Assembly (NCBI GenBank): GCA_049322255.1
Contig: JBMORE010000001.1
Location: 1 to 42,825 of the forward strand
Origin: Myxococcota bacterium
Lineage (GTDB): Bacteria; Myxococcota; Myxococcia; Myxococcales; Myxococcaceae
Length of the DNA: 42,825 nucleotides
Direction of reading: 5' to 3'
Shown here: piece after piece, positions 17,192 through 27,041 of the stretch
Layout of the letters: each line of letters opens with the position of its first letter
Numbering within the stretch: the first letter of the stretch is position 1
Notes under the pieces: model-generated
The model's input: the letters and a program-made list of their open reading frames with translations, nothing else
The model's database searches: none
Told to the model about the DNA's origin: nothing
Made by a program: the position numbers and the translations under genes

Positions 17192-17575
17192 GTGAGTATT
17201 CTCCACAGGGTGCGAATCGGCCCATCGCTCACGTGGCTCGTGCTGGGACTGTCGGCTTGTGGGGGAAAGGCCGCCCCCGACGCCGACGTGTGCCGCGACC
17301 TCGTGCACCGGCTGTGTCTTGCCCCGCGCTGTCCGCTGGTGGACGAACGGCTGTCGGTGGTGGACGACTGCGAAGCGACGCTCCTTGCGCGCACCGGGTG
17401 TGGCGCCGACGAGTTCGCCTTTGAGAGCTTGAGCCGCCGCCGGTTTCTCGACTGCCGTGCCCCGGTGCTGCGTTCCGGCTTGGGGCCGGAGGTGCGACCC
17501 GCATGCGAGGACGTGGCCGAGTCCTTCGACGAGTGCCCGGACCTGGTGGGCTTTTTGCGCACGGGGGCGCCATGA
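17192..17575 (+). CDS. Small Cys-rich lipoprotein, unknown function (start codon uncertain)
   Basis: Lipobox 'LGLSA-C'; 8 further Cys; ATGA overlap with the next gene. Confidence 0.7.
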   Translation: MSILHRVRIGPSLTWLVLGLSACGGKAAPDADVCRDLVHRLCLAPRCPLVDERLSVVDDCEATLLARTGCGADEFAFESLSRRRFLDCRAPVLRSGLGPEVRPACEDVAESFDECPDLVGFLRTGAP

Positions 17576-18831
17576 GGAGATGGGTGGCGGTGTTGGCGGC
17601 GAGCGTCGCCGGTTGCGTGCACGTGGAGCGCGTCGAGCGGGTGGAGAAAGGGCCGCTCCTGCGCACCCACGAGCGTCGCACGGTGGTGGAGGGCGGGCTG
17701 GCGGGCGACATCGAGGTGGCGTGGCCGAAGCTGACGGCGAAGGTGGCGCGCTTTCAACTGTGCCGCACCGAGCAAGTCGACGAGTACGCCGAGGAGCACG
17801 TCACCGAGCGTTCGGTTCCCTCCGCGGGACCTGCGCTGGGCATGGGAGTGTCTACTACCCTGGTGGGAGGCGGTTTGCTCGCGGCGCGCTCGGCCTTCTC
17901 CGCCGAGCCGAACCGTTCGGTCATCGACGAGTCGGGGCACTTCGGCCCCAGCAGCCGCGAGCTGGCCACTGCGTGGAGCATCGGCTTGCTCACCGTAGGC
18001 GTGCCCGCTTTGGTGGTGGGGCTGTGGGGCGCGGCGCACTCGGGCGAGGAGGTAGAGGTGCGAAAGTCCGAGCTGGTGGTGGGCGTGCGCGACGAGCGCT
18101 GCGAGAGGAAGCCGGCCGCTGGAAGCTTGGCCCTGGTCGATGGCACCGGGCGGGTGCTGGCCAGCGCGTCGCTCCAAGAAGGCGTCGCGGGGGTGGAGGC
18201 GGGCGCCCTCGCGGCGGATGAGCTGGCGGCGCTGGTGGTGGACGGCCAACCGGTCGAGCTGGGAGAGGAGTCATGGACGAAGCTGCACGCCTTCGAAGCC
18301 TGCGCCCATTTGTCCAAGCTGAGCGCCGCCGAGCTGCAGACGCAGCCGACATCGCGGGTGCGCGCGTTGTTTGAAGAAGCGCGCCGCTGCAGAGCCATCG
18401 AGAACGGTCCAGGAGCGGAAGCCACGCGTCTTTTCGAAACCGAGCTGGAGCGCCGGCGCACCGCCGCCGAGCTGCCGGAAGGAATGAGCCGCCCCGGGCC
18501 GCGCATCGAGAGCTTCGAAGACGCCCTGGCCGCGTACTCGCCCACGCTACGCTGGACGAAGGAGAGCCCCGACCTGGCGCGTGCCTCCGAAGTGGTGGGC
18601 CAGCCGGTGTACCTCGCGGGCATCCTCACCCACCGGGTGGAGCCGAACATCGCCGTGGTGCAGGTGGGTGCCCACCCGGTGCTGGTGTTTATTGCTCCCG
18701 AGGAATTGTGGAGCGCCGCGGTGCAGGAGGGCTCGCGGGTGGAGGCGGTGGCGGTGGTGATGGGCGAGCAGACGCTGGGGAAAGTCAGCGGCCCCTTGGT
18801 GCGCGCGGTGTGGCTGCGCCCGGCGCTGTAA
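17572..18831 (+). CDS. Hypothetical lipoprotein with two internal hydrophobic segments
   Basis: 'MRRWVAVLAASVAG-C'; long GC-biased ORF filling the space between neighbours. Confidence 0.7.
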   Translation: MRRWVAVLAASVAGCVHVERVERVEKGPLLRTHERRTVVEGGLAGDIEVAWPKLTAKVARFQLCRTEQVDEYAEEHVTERSVPSAGPALGMGVSTTLVGGGLLAARSAFSAEPNRSVIDESGHFGPSSRELATAWSIGLLTVGVPALVVGLWGAAHSGEEVEVRKSELVVGVRDERCERKPAAGSLALVDGTGRVLASASLQEGVAGVEAGALAADELAALVVDGQPVELGEESWTKLHAFEACAHLSKLSAAELQTQPTSRVRALFEEARRCRAIENGPGAEATRLFETELERRRTAAELPEGMSRPGPRIESFEDALAAYSPTLRWTKESPDLARASEVVGQPVYLAGILTHRVEPNIAVVQVGAHPVLVFIAPEELWSAAVQEGSRVEAVAVVMGEQTLGKVSGPLVRAVWLRPAL

Positions 18832-18859
18832 CCTTCTCCCAGTGGGAGAGAGGTTAGGG
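18832..18859. repeat. Eroded copy of the 33-bp hairpin repeat between convergent stop codons (possible terminator)
   Basis: ccttctccc-agt-gggagagag-gttaggg; abuts TAA at 18829-18831 and contains the opposite-strand stop at 18854-18856. Confidence 0.65.
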
Positions 18860-21460
18860 ACCGACGGTGGCGATGGCGCGTCGCTCGAAGTCGATGACTC
18901 GGCGGGCGACTTCTTGCACGTCCTCGGCGGTCACCTTTCCCACCTGGTCCGCGTAGGCAAGAAAGTCGTCGGCGCCCAAGCCATAGCAGTGGTCGAGCGC
19001 CATCAGCGCCGCACGGGCGCCGTTGCGCTGCAAGCCGATTTCGTGCGTGCCGATGAGGTGCTGCTTGGCGCGCTCCAGCTCGGCGGGCGTCACCTTCTCC
19101 TCGCGGATGCGGGAGAGCTCGGCGCGAATGCCCTCCAGCGCGGCGGCCGTTTTTTCGGGGCTGGTGCCCATGTACACGGCGAAGTAGCCAGGGTCGACGC
19201 CTTCCATCGACAAGCTCGACACGCTGTACGCCAAGGAGCGTTTGTCGCGTAGCTCGACGAAGAGTCGCCCGCCCTGCCCAGACAAAACGGTGGAGAGCAC
19301 CTCGAGCGCCCTTCGCCACGGGTCGGTCACCCGCGCTCCGGCAAACCCCAAGACGAGATGGGTCTGCGCCCGCGCCAACGTCTTCTTCTCCTGCCGCGGA
19401 CCGGAGAGGGGAGGCTCGAGGGGCACGGTGGGGGCGGCGGCGGCTTTTCCCCGCGACTGGCCAAACGCCTCGTGCGCGAGGGCCAACACCCGGTCGACCT
19501 TTACGTCGCCCACCACGCACAGAGTGAGCTGCGAAGGGTCCATGAAGCGGGCGTGGTAGCGCGCCAACGCGTCGGGGTCGAGGCGCTCGACGGCGGCAGT
19601 ATCGCCCAGGGTGCTCAGCCGGTAGGGGTGCACCTGGAAGAGCGTGCGCGCGAAGAGGTCGAAGGCGACGCTGGAGGGTTTGTCTTCCCGGGTGTGGATG
19701 TCCTGCAACAGGAGCTGCCGCTCCCGGGCGAGCTCGCTTTCGGGGAAGGTAGGGTGCGACAGGACATCGGCGAACAGCTCGAAGGCGCGCTCGAAGTGCC
19801 GCGAGAGAAATTCCCCGCGCAAGGACACCGAGTTGCGGCCTCCGGCGCCCGAGAGCGAACCGGCGAGGTCGTCGATGAGATTGGAGATTTCCTCCGCATC
19901 GTGCCGCGGAGTGCCCCGGGTCAGCATGCGCGCCAAGAGGGTGGTGAGCCCGTTTTCCTCCTCACGCTCGTAGCGCAGCCCGCCGGGGAAGACGGCGCGC
20001 AGGGCGAAGAGCGGCACCGCGCTCTCCGGGCGCACGATGATGCTTGCTCCCGAAGGCAGCCGTTCGACCACGATGCCCGAAGCGCCCGAGCGGGCGGCCA
20101 GCGGCGCGGTCACCCGCATCGGCGCCGGAGTGGTCGGCTTGGGTAGGCGGCGCTCTGCCCGCGCGGCGTGCGTCTTGCTCTCCACCCGGTCGAGAATGTC
20201 TTCCGCTTGCGTGGACGAAAGCTGCGCTCCGGGCGGCAACAGCGCGGTGAGCACGCAGCGGTCGAAGGTGAGGTAGCGCCGGGCCACGTCCTGCAGTTGC
20301 TCGGCGGAGAGGGAGGCAATGCGCTCGTAGTAGCGCGCCTCCTGTTCGATGCCGCCACCCGCTGCCTCGTAGTAGCCCAGCTTGCGCGCCAGCCCCTGCA
20401 CCGTCTCCCGCTGGTAGACCGCCTCCGACTCCACCAGCGCCTTCACCGTCGAAAGCTCCCCGGAAGTCACCGGTGCCGCCTTGAGCTCGGCCAAAACCCG
20501 CGCGCTCTCCTCCAGCGCGGAGGCCAGCGTCGAGGCGGGCAGGGTCATCGACAGCCCGAGCAGCCCCGGGTCTTTGGGGGTGTACGCGTAGGTGTGAACT
20601 TCGTTGACCAGCGCGCGCTTGCGCTTGACCTCCATCACCAGCCGCGAGGCTTCGCCCTGGCCGGCAATCATCGCCAAGAGGTCGAGCGCCGGCGTGTCCT
20701 CGTGCTCCACCGCCGGAATGGGGAAGCCGAGGTTGAGGTAGACCTCCTTGACGTCGTCCTCGCGCAAAAGAATTCGCCGCCCGGAGAGCGCCGGCTCGGG
20801 CGGGCGTGTCACCGGGCCTGCGTAGGGCCGGTTCCAGTCGCCGCCCAGGGATTCCTCGACCCAGGCGCGCAGCTCTTTTTCCGAAAAATCCCCCGCCGCG
20901 GCGAGCACCAGGTTCTGGGGGCCGTAGTGCCGCGCGTAGAACTCGAGCACCTTCTCGCGGGCGAAGCTCTTCACCGACTCCTCCCAGCCAATCACCGGCC
21001 GGCGGTAGGGGTGGGTGTGGAAGGCGGTGGCGAACAAGTCTTTCGAGGCGCGGCGGGCGGGCAGGTCGAGGCTGCGCTTGATTTCCTCGCACACCACCTC
21101 GATCTCCCGCGCCAGCTCTTCGGGGTCGAAGGCCGAGTGCCGCACCGCGTCCGCGAGAATGTCGAGCCCGTGGCGGGCGAACTGGCTGGCGATGACCACG
21201 TGGTAGACGGTTTGGTCGAACGAGGTCCAGGCGTTGATTTCGCCCCCGTGCGCCTCGATGTCGTGGGCGATCTCTCCCGGCCCACGCCGCTGGGTGCCCT
21301 TGAAGAGCATGTGCTCGTGCAGGTGGGCGAGCCCCGCTTGGTCCTCGCGCTCGTCGGCGCTCCCCACCTTCACCCAGAGCTGAAAGGCAGCCACCTTGGC
21401 GGCGTGCTGCTCGTCGAAGACCACGGTGAGGCCGTTGTCGATGCGCCAGCGCTGCGTCAT
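18854..21460 (-). CDS. M16 (pitrilysin) family zinc peptidase, two-module
   Basis: Start MTQRWRIDNGL; 'GLAHLHEHMLFKGT' (HxxEH), 'GGEINAWTSFDQTVY'; second module 'RLFVELRDKRSLAY'. Confidence 0.93.
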   Translation of the reverse strand: MTQRWRIDNGLTVVFDEQHAAKVAAFQLWVKVGSADEREDQAGLAHLHEHMLFKGTQRRGPGEIAHDIEAHGGEINAWTSFDQTVYHVVIASQFARHGLDILADAVRHSAFDPEELAREIEVVCEEIKRSLDLPARRASKDLFATAFHTHPYRRPVIGWEESVKSFAREKVLEFYARHYGPQNLVLAAAGDFSEKELRAWVEESLGGDWNRPYAGPVTRPPEPALSGRRILLREDDVKEVYLNLGFPIPAVEHEDTPALDLLAMIAGQGEASRLVMEVKRKRALVNEVHTYAYTPKDPGLLGLSMTLPASTLASALEESARVLAELKAAPVTSGELSTVKALVESEAVYQRETVQGLARKLGYYEAAGGGIEQEARYYERIASLSAEQLQDVARRYLTFDRCVLTALLPPGAQLSSTQAEDILDRVESKTHAARAERRLPKPTTPAPMRVTAPLAARSGASGIVVERLPSGASIIVRPESAVPLFALRAVFPGGLRYEREEENGLTTLLARMLTRGTPRHDAEEISNLIDDLAGSLSGAGGRNSVSLRGEFLSRHFERAFELFADVLSHPTFPESELARERQLLLQDIHTREDKPSSVAFDLFARTLFQVHPYRLSTLGDTAAVERLDPDALARYHARFMDPSQLTLCVVGDVKVDRVLALAHEAFGQSRGKAAAAPTVPLEPPLSGPRQEKKTLARAQTHLVLGFAGARVTDPWRRALEVLSTVLSGQGGRLFVELRDKRSLAYSVSSLSMEGVDPGYFAVYMGTSPEKTAAALEGIRAELSRIREEKVTPAELERAKQHLIGTHEIGLQRNGARAALMALDHCYGLGADDFLAYADQVGKVTAEDVQEVARRVIDFERRAIATVGP

Positions 21461-21560
21461 GGGGAAGGACCCTGGCACTCCCCCTGGACGGGCGCAACAG
21501 GCAGGTGGACGAGCGGCAAGCATTGGGCGATTCACCTCTGACGCGCTAGTGTTTGCCTCC

Positions 21561-23327
21561 GTGCCCCCGCCGGACGAAGCGGATCCACTCTCGGATCTTC
21601 GCCACAGCTTGGATGAGGACGAGCCGTTTTTCCCGGCGGCGAAGGCTTCGCCGCCCCCTTCCGCGCGCCCGGCCGCTCCTCCTCCTTTGCCCGCGCCGCC
21701 GCCTTTGCCCAAGAAGGCGCCCACCACCGGGAAAAACGCACCCGCCGCGCCCATTCCCAACCACACCGGTACCTTCCCCAATCCGATGGGCAGGGTTTCC
21801 GCGCCGGCCGCTTCGCCGACGTTGCCTCCCTCGGTGAATCGTCCTCTCCCCGGGCAGGACCCGTTCGGCGAGCCCCCCGAGCCCCGCCCACCCCGCGGCG
21901 GCAGCCCGGAAGAGAAGCTCGAGTTCTTCCGCGCGGTGCTCAAGCAGAAGGAAGAGGCGCTCGCCAGGGGGCGCTCTCTCTACTCAGCGGTGGAGCAGGA
22001 GGCCACCCAACTGCGCCAGGCGGCCACTCTCCTCAAGGCCCAGCTCGACGAGACCGCCGCCAACCTGGCTCGCCACGCCGAGCTGCCCGAGCAGATTCTG
22101 CAGCTCAAAGACATGCTGGAGAAGGACACCGTTCGCGCCGATGAAGCCGAGCAGAAAATTGCTGCTCTGGAGATCCAACTGAGCCAGAGCGACGCCGAGC
22201 GCAAGGACCTCACCTTGGCGCTGGCCGAAGTCGAGTCGCAGCTGCCGCCGCTCAAAGAGGCCCTCGAGGCCGAGCGCACCGCGCGCGCCCAGGAGGCCGA
22301 AGAGCTGTCGGGCGCCAAGGAGGCACTTCGGCTGGCGCAAGAGCGCGTGTCCGAGCTGGCGGCGGAGCACTCCGAGGCGCAGGGCTCGCTCGAGGCCACC
22401 ACCGAGCAGTACCAGGCGGTGGCTCAAGAGAACGAGCGTCTCACTGCCGAGGTGGAGCGACTCCAAGAGGAGACGCAGACGGTGGGCGCCGAGCGCGACG
22501 CCGCCCGCGCCGAGCTCGAGGCAGCGCAACAAGAGGCCCAAACCGCCACCGCCCGCGCAAGCGAGCTGGAAGAGAAGCTCGCCGAACAGAGTGGCAAGCT
22601 TCAGGCGCTGGAGGGAGAAGGGGCGTGGGCGAAAAGCTCGCTCGAAGAAGCGCAGGAGCGCGTGCGCCACTTGGAGGAGGCCAAGGACCAGGCTGAGGCG
22701 AAGACGGCGGAGCTCAGCTCCAGGCTGGCCAGCAACGCGGCCGAGTCTGCGGGGCAGCTGGAAGCCGCCCAAGAGGCGGCCGAGGCCGCTCGCGCCGAGG
22801 TCGAGCACCTCACCCAAGAGCTGGAGGAGGCCCGGCGCGCAGGGGAAGAGAAAGCGTCGGACGCCGCGGCCAGCGTACGTGCGGTCAAGGAGAAGCTCGA
22901 GGCGGAGCTGGCCAGCACCCAGGCCAAGCTGCGTGAAAGTCAGGCCGAGCTCTCCAAGCTGGGTGCGGACAGCGCGGCGTTGCGCAAGGCCCGCGACGAG
23001 CTCACCGCAGCGAACAAGAAGGCGATGGAAAACCATGCCGCGCTACAGAAAGAGAAGCGGGAGCGAGAGGACGCCCAGCGGCGCATCGCCGAGCTGCAAG
23101 GCGAGCTGTCGGCGGTGCAGGAAGAGCTGGAGAAGGCACAAGCGGCGCCCGTCACTGGGGCTCCTCCAGCAGAGCTTGTCGCCGAGCGGGACAAGCTGAA
23201 AGCCGACGTCACCGCGATGAAGAAGAAGTTGGTGCAGGCCGAGAGCGCCATCGAGGCCGCGGCATCCCTCAAGGCCAAAGTCGCCAAGCTCGAGGCCCAG
23301 CTGGCCGCGACGCGAAAGTCGAAGTAG
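21561..23327 (+). CDS. Long coiled-coil protein with Pro-rich N-terminus (start uncertain)
   Basis: Several hundred residues of A/E/L/Q/K-rich heptads; probable GTG start at 21561. Confidence 0.75.
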   Translation: MPPPDEADPLSDLRHSLDEDEPFFPAAKASPPPSARPAAPPPLPAPPPLPKKAPTTGKNAPAAPIPNHTGTFPNPMGRVSAPAASPTLPPSVNRPLPGQDPFGEPPEPRPPRGGSPEEKLEFFRAVLKQKEEALARGRSLYSAVEQEATQLRQAATLLKAQLDETAANLARHAELPEQILQLKDMLEKDTVRADEAEQKIAALEIQLSQSDAERKDLTLALAEVESQLPPLKEALEAERTARAQEAEELSGAKEALRLAQERVSELAAEHSEAQGSLEATTEQYQAVAQENERLTAEVERLQEETQTVGAERDAARAELEAAQQEAQTATARASELEEKLAEQSGKLQALEGEGAWAKSSLEEAQERVRHLEEAKDQAEAKTAELSSRLASNAAESAGQLEAAQEAAEAARAEVEHLTQELEEARRAGEEKASDAAASVRAVKEKLEAELASTQAKLRESQAELSKLGADSAALRKARDELTAANKKAMENHAALQKEKREREDAQRRIAELQGELSAVQEELEKAQAAPVTGAPPAELVAERDKLKADVTAMKKKLVQAESAIEAAASLKAKVAKLEAQLAATRKSK

Positions 23328-23360
23328 ACGAACCCACTTTGCACGTTATGAAGGCAGGGC

Positions 23361-24551
23361 GTGCCTTCTCCCGTCGCCCCCCTCGATTCACTTACCGGCC
23401 TGAGCGCCGCGCGCTTCGGCGTGTACGTGCACTTTCCCTATTGCCTCTCCAAGTGTCCGTACTGTGACTTCGCCAGCACGGCGGCCAAAGAGGTGCCGCA
23501 GGAGCGCTACGCCCGCGCGGTGCTCGCCGAGCTCGATCAGAGGCTCGAGGGCCTGGCCGCCCGTGAAGTGCACTCGGTGTACTTCGGCGGCGGCACCCCC
23601 TCGCTGTGGGAGACGCGGCAGGTGGCGCGGGTGCTGGAGGGCCTCGCCCAACGGCTGCCCATCGCCCAGCGAGCCGAGGTGACGCTCGAGGCCAACCCCG
23701 ACGCTGCCGACGTGGCGCGCTTTGCCGGCTTTCGCGCCGCGGGCATCAACCGCCTCTCCATCGGGGTGCAGTCCTTTCAACCCTCCACGCTCGCCGCCCT
23801 GGGCCGCGCGCACGATGGACCGACGGCGATGCGCGCCTTCCACTCCGCACGGGCCGCGGGCTTCGACAATGTCTCCTTGGACTTCATCTACGGCGTGCAC
23901 GGCCAGAGCCGGGAGCAAGCGGTGACGGACGCGAGGACGGCGGTGGCTTTGGCCCCCGAGCACTTGTCGGCCTACGCGCTCACTTTGGAGAAGGAGGCCC
24001 TCGCCGAGGAGGTGCCGTTGGCCAAGCAGCTGGCCCGCGGGGAGGTGCGCTTGCCCCCGGAAGAAGAGACGGCGGCGATGGGCCACGCGGTGCGGGAGGT
24101 GTACGAGGCAGCTGGGCTAAAGCGGTACGAGATTTCCAACTACGCCCGTGCAGGTTTCCACTCGCGCCACAACGCCCTCTATTGGACGGGAGGCGAGTAC
24201 CTCGCGCTGGGGGTGGGAGCCACCGGCACCGTGGGGAGGGTGCGCTACTCCAACCTGCGCTCCGCCGAGCAATACCTCGCCGCCGTCGAAGCCCGCCAGC
24301 TCCCGGAAGCGTCGCGCGAGCAACTGGGCCGGGCAGAGCTCTTCGCCGAGCGGGTGGCGATGGGGTTACGCCTGAGCGAAGGCGTCGACCTCGAGGCCGC
24401 CTGCCGCGTCTTCGACGTCCCGTACGGCGAGCGTGGGCGCGAAGTCGAGCGGCTCCTCGCCCATGGAATGGCGCGGAAGGTCGATGGGCGGCTGGTGCTC
24501 ACCGAGGCGGGCGCCGACCTGCACAGCTCGATCAGCGCCGCGTTGATATGA
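23361..24551 (+). CDS. hemW: Radical SAM heme chaperone HemW (HemN-like)
   Basis: 'YVHFPYCLSKCPYCDF', 'YFGGGTPS', 'NRLSIGVQSF', 'YEISNYA', 'HNALYW'. Confidence 0.9.
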   Translation: MPSPVAPLDSLTGLSAARFGVYVHFPYCLSKCPYCDFASTAAKEVPQERYARAVLAELDQRLEGLAAREVHSVYFGGGTPSLWETRQVARVLEGLAQRLPIAQRAEVTLEANPDAADVARFAGFRAAGINRLSIGVQSFQPSTLAALGRAHDGPTAMRAFHSARAAGFDNVSLDFIYGVHGQSREQAVTDARTAVALAPEHLSAYALTLEKEALAEEVPLAKQLARGEVRLPPEEETAAMGHAVREVYEAAGLKRYEISNYARAGFHSRHNALYWTGGEYLALGVGATGTVGRVRYSNLRSAEQYLAAVEARQLPEASREQLGRAELFAERVAMGLRLSEGVDLEAACRVFDVPYGERGREVERLLAHGMARKVDGRLVLTEAGADLHSSISAALI

Positions 24552-24624
24552 CCAGCGGGTGTGCGTGGGGTGAGATTCGGTTCGGCTACCACGCGGCTGA
24601 ACACTTCGGGCAGGATGCGCGCCC

Positions 24625-25389
24625 ATGTTCGACTTCAGCGTCTTCGCCACCGCCGAGGCGTGGATTTCTCTGCTGTCCTTGTCGCTGATGGAAATCGTCC
24701 TCGGCATCGACAACATCATCTTCATCACCATTCTCACCGCCAAGCTGCCCGCCGAGCAGCAGCCGCGCGCGCGCACTTTGGGCCTGAGCCTGGCGCTCTT
24801 CATGCGCCTGGGGCTGCTCTTCACCATCTCCTGGATGATGCGTCTCACCGAGCCGCTCTTCACTGTGCTTGAGAAGCCTTTCAGCGGGCGGGACTTCATC
24901 CTCCTGGGTGGCGGCCTGTTTTTGCTGGGTAAGGCGGTGTACGAAATTCACGACAAGCTCGAGGTGCAGCACGAGGAGGGAAAGGCCACCAAGGGCGCCG
25001 GCTTCGCCGGAGTGCTGGTGCAGATTCTCCTCTTGGACATCGTCTTCTCTCTCGATTCGGTCATCACCGCGGTGGGCATGGCTCCGGCGCTGGTCATCAT
25101 GATGCTCGCCATGGTCCTCGCGGTGGTGGTGATGCTCGTCTTCGCCGGGCCGGTGAGCGGCTTCGTCGAGCGTCACCCGACGATGAAGATTCTCGCGCTC
25201 TCCTTCCTGCTCCTCATCGGGGTGATGCTGGTGGCCGAGGGGTTGGGCCAGCACATTTCGAAGGGGTACATCTACTTCGCCATGGCCTTCGCTCTTTTGG
25301 TCGAGCTCATCAACATGCGCTTGCGCAAGGTGCATGCGGCTCCGGTGAAGCTGCACCACCGCTTCGAAAAAGGGGCCCCGGTGGCCTGA
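24625..25389 (+). CDS. TerC family membrane protein
   Basis: 'MEIVLGIDNIIFI', 'LDIVFSLDSVITAVGM', 'HPTMKILALSFLLLIG', 'KGYIYFAMAF'. Confidence 0.93.
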   Translation: MFDFSVFATAEAWISLLSLSLMEIVLGIDNIIFITILTAKLPAEQQPRARTLGLSLALFMRLGLLFTISWMMRLTEPLFTVLEKPFSGRDFILLGGGLFLLGKAVYEIHDKLEVQHEEGKATKGAGFAGVLVQILLLDIVFSLDSVITAVGMAPALVIMMLAMVLAVVVMLVFAGPVSGFVERHPTMKILALSFLLLIGVMLVAEGLGQHISKGYIYFAMAFALLVELINMRLRKVHAAPVKLHHRFEKGAPVA

Positions 25390-25395
25390 CGCCGT

Positions 25396-26991
25396 TCATC
25401 CGAGCCGCTGCAGCCCCTCCGACAATGCCTCTGCTGCTTGGCGCACCACCTCGAGGACGGCTGGGACGGGCTTCGGTTCGTCAGCGAGGAGAAACCCGAT
25501 GCATCGACCGTGGAGCACCACCGGCGCCACCCATGCTTTCCCGCCAGGAGCCAGCGCGCCGAAGAGGGCGACATCGGGGTCCTCTCCACAGGAAGTCGCT
25601 TCGAGGGCGGTCATTTTGATTGCGGCATCGGTGAGCGCGGACACCGAAGAGAGGTCTACCCGCAGCGCCCACACCGCTGGCGCGTCCGCGTCGGGGCCCG
25701 CGGAGCGCCACACCTTGGCCTCACCGAGAAACTCGACGAGAAAGAAGACGCGGCGAGCTGACGAGGCGATGAGGGTGAGAGCTTTTTCCACCGCGAGGGC
25801 AGCGCTCCCCGCGGAGGCGATGCTTTCGAGCGCCGCTTTGTCCGGCCCCGCGGCCACGGCAACGTCGGCCAGTTGGTCCCAAATACTGATTGGCTCCATC
25901 GAGCCGGCCTGCTCCGGGTCGGCCATCGGTAGCGCCTCAGCGGGCGGTTGGCTCCACTGAACGAATTCCCAAGCCTGAGCCAGTTGCACGGTGCCTGCCG
26001 TATCCACTCCATCGCCAACGGCCGGGGGAGGCTCCTCCGGAATCGGGATGGGCAAGGGAGCCTGGTCGCTCGGGCTCAGCTCCAGCACCGGGAGAATGGG
26101 AAGGTTCTCCTCAGGTGGCTGGGTCTTCTCGGCTGGCTCGGCGACAGCGCTCGGCACCGGCTCTCCTGGGAGGATGCTGGCTGCGATTTCCTCTCGAGCA
26201 GCGACCGCTTGGGTGGCTCCGGCCTCGACAGAGGCTGGGTCTGACGGGCGCGCGGGCGAAGGAACTGCAACGCCAGGCAGGTCAATGCCCATTCCGTCGT
26301 CCGCGGGGGGAAGGACCGGCGGGGGGGCGACCGTCGCGGTAGGCGTCTGTGGGGGCTGAACGGGGGGAGCAGTGGTTGGCCCGTCCCACGCGGCCTGCGG
26401 CGAAGAGAGCTCGTCGTCGGCGGCGCTGAGCTGTTCGTTTTCCCCGAGCCGGCCGAAGATTTGCGCTTTGACGCTGTCTTGCGGCGAGGCCGGAGGAGGG
26501 GCTTTGGGGGCGGGAGTGCCCGAAGGATGTTCGGGGGCCAGCCGGATGTAGCGTTGCGCGCGCTCGATGCCGTAGTGCCGTTCCAAATAGAAGAAGAGGC
26601 GCAGCTCGGGAAGGACATAGGGAACCACGCGGAGCCCGGTGATGAAGGCGATGGCCGAGGTCGCCTCCGGGTCCCACGGGCTGGCCATGGCGAGCTTGAC
26701 GCGCCGGCCTTCGACGGCGAAGGGGAAGGCGAGATACTTGAGCGCTCGCTCGGGCGTCAGCAGCTCGAGGGCGGCCTTGGTCGCGCCATCCAGCTCTTCT
26801 GTGGTGGCCAACTGGCACCGGCGTTGTTCAGCCAGCAGCTGTCCAAGGTCCTCGAGCCTCAACAGCCCGAGCTCGACGAGGTTGGTGCCCAAGCGGGCTC
26901 CGTAAATCATCTGCGCCTTGAGCGTCTCTTCGAGCTGCTTTGGACTGATGAGCCCTTTTCTCACCAGCAGTTCGCCGAGCCTTTCGTGCAT
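25396..26991 (-). CDS. MshEN (c-di-GMP-binding)/GSPII_N domain protein with Pro-rich linker
   Basis: Tandem 'RLGELLVRKGLISPKQLEETLKAQ' and 'RLGTNLVELGLLRLEDLGQLLAEQ'; 'LAMASPWD...LERHYG'. Confidence 0.8.
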   Translation of the reverse strand: MHERLGELLVRKGLISPKQLEETLKAQMIYGARLGTNLVELGLLRLEDLGQLLAEQRRCQLATTEELDGATKAALELLTPERALKYLAFPFAVEGRRVKLAMASPWDPEATSAIAFITGLRVVPYVLPELRLFFYLERHYGIERAQRYIRLAPEHPSGTPAPKAPPPASPQDSVKAQIFGRLGENEQLSAADDELSSPQAAWDGPTTAPPVQPPQTPTATVAPPPVLPPADDGMGIDLPGVAVPSPARPSDPASVEAGATQAVAAREEIAASILPGEPVPSAVAEPAEKTQPPEENLPILPVLELSPSDQAPLPIPIPEEPPPAVGDGVDTAGTVQLAQAWEFVQWSQPPAEALPMADPEQAGSMEPISIWDQLADVAVAAGPDKAALESIASAGSAALAVEKALTLIASSARRVFFLVEFLGEAKVWRSAGPDADAPAVWALRVDLSSVSALTDAAIKMTALEATSCGEDPDVALFGALAPGGKAWVAPVVLHGRCIGFLLADEPKPVPAVLEVVRQAAEALSEGLQRLG

Positions 26992-27041
26992 CGCCCGTCC
27001 TTTTTACTGCGAACAGAGCCATTGGCTATGCTGCGTTCGAC

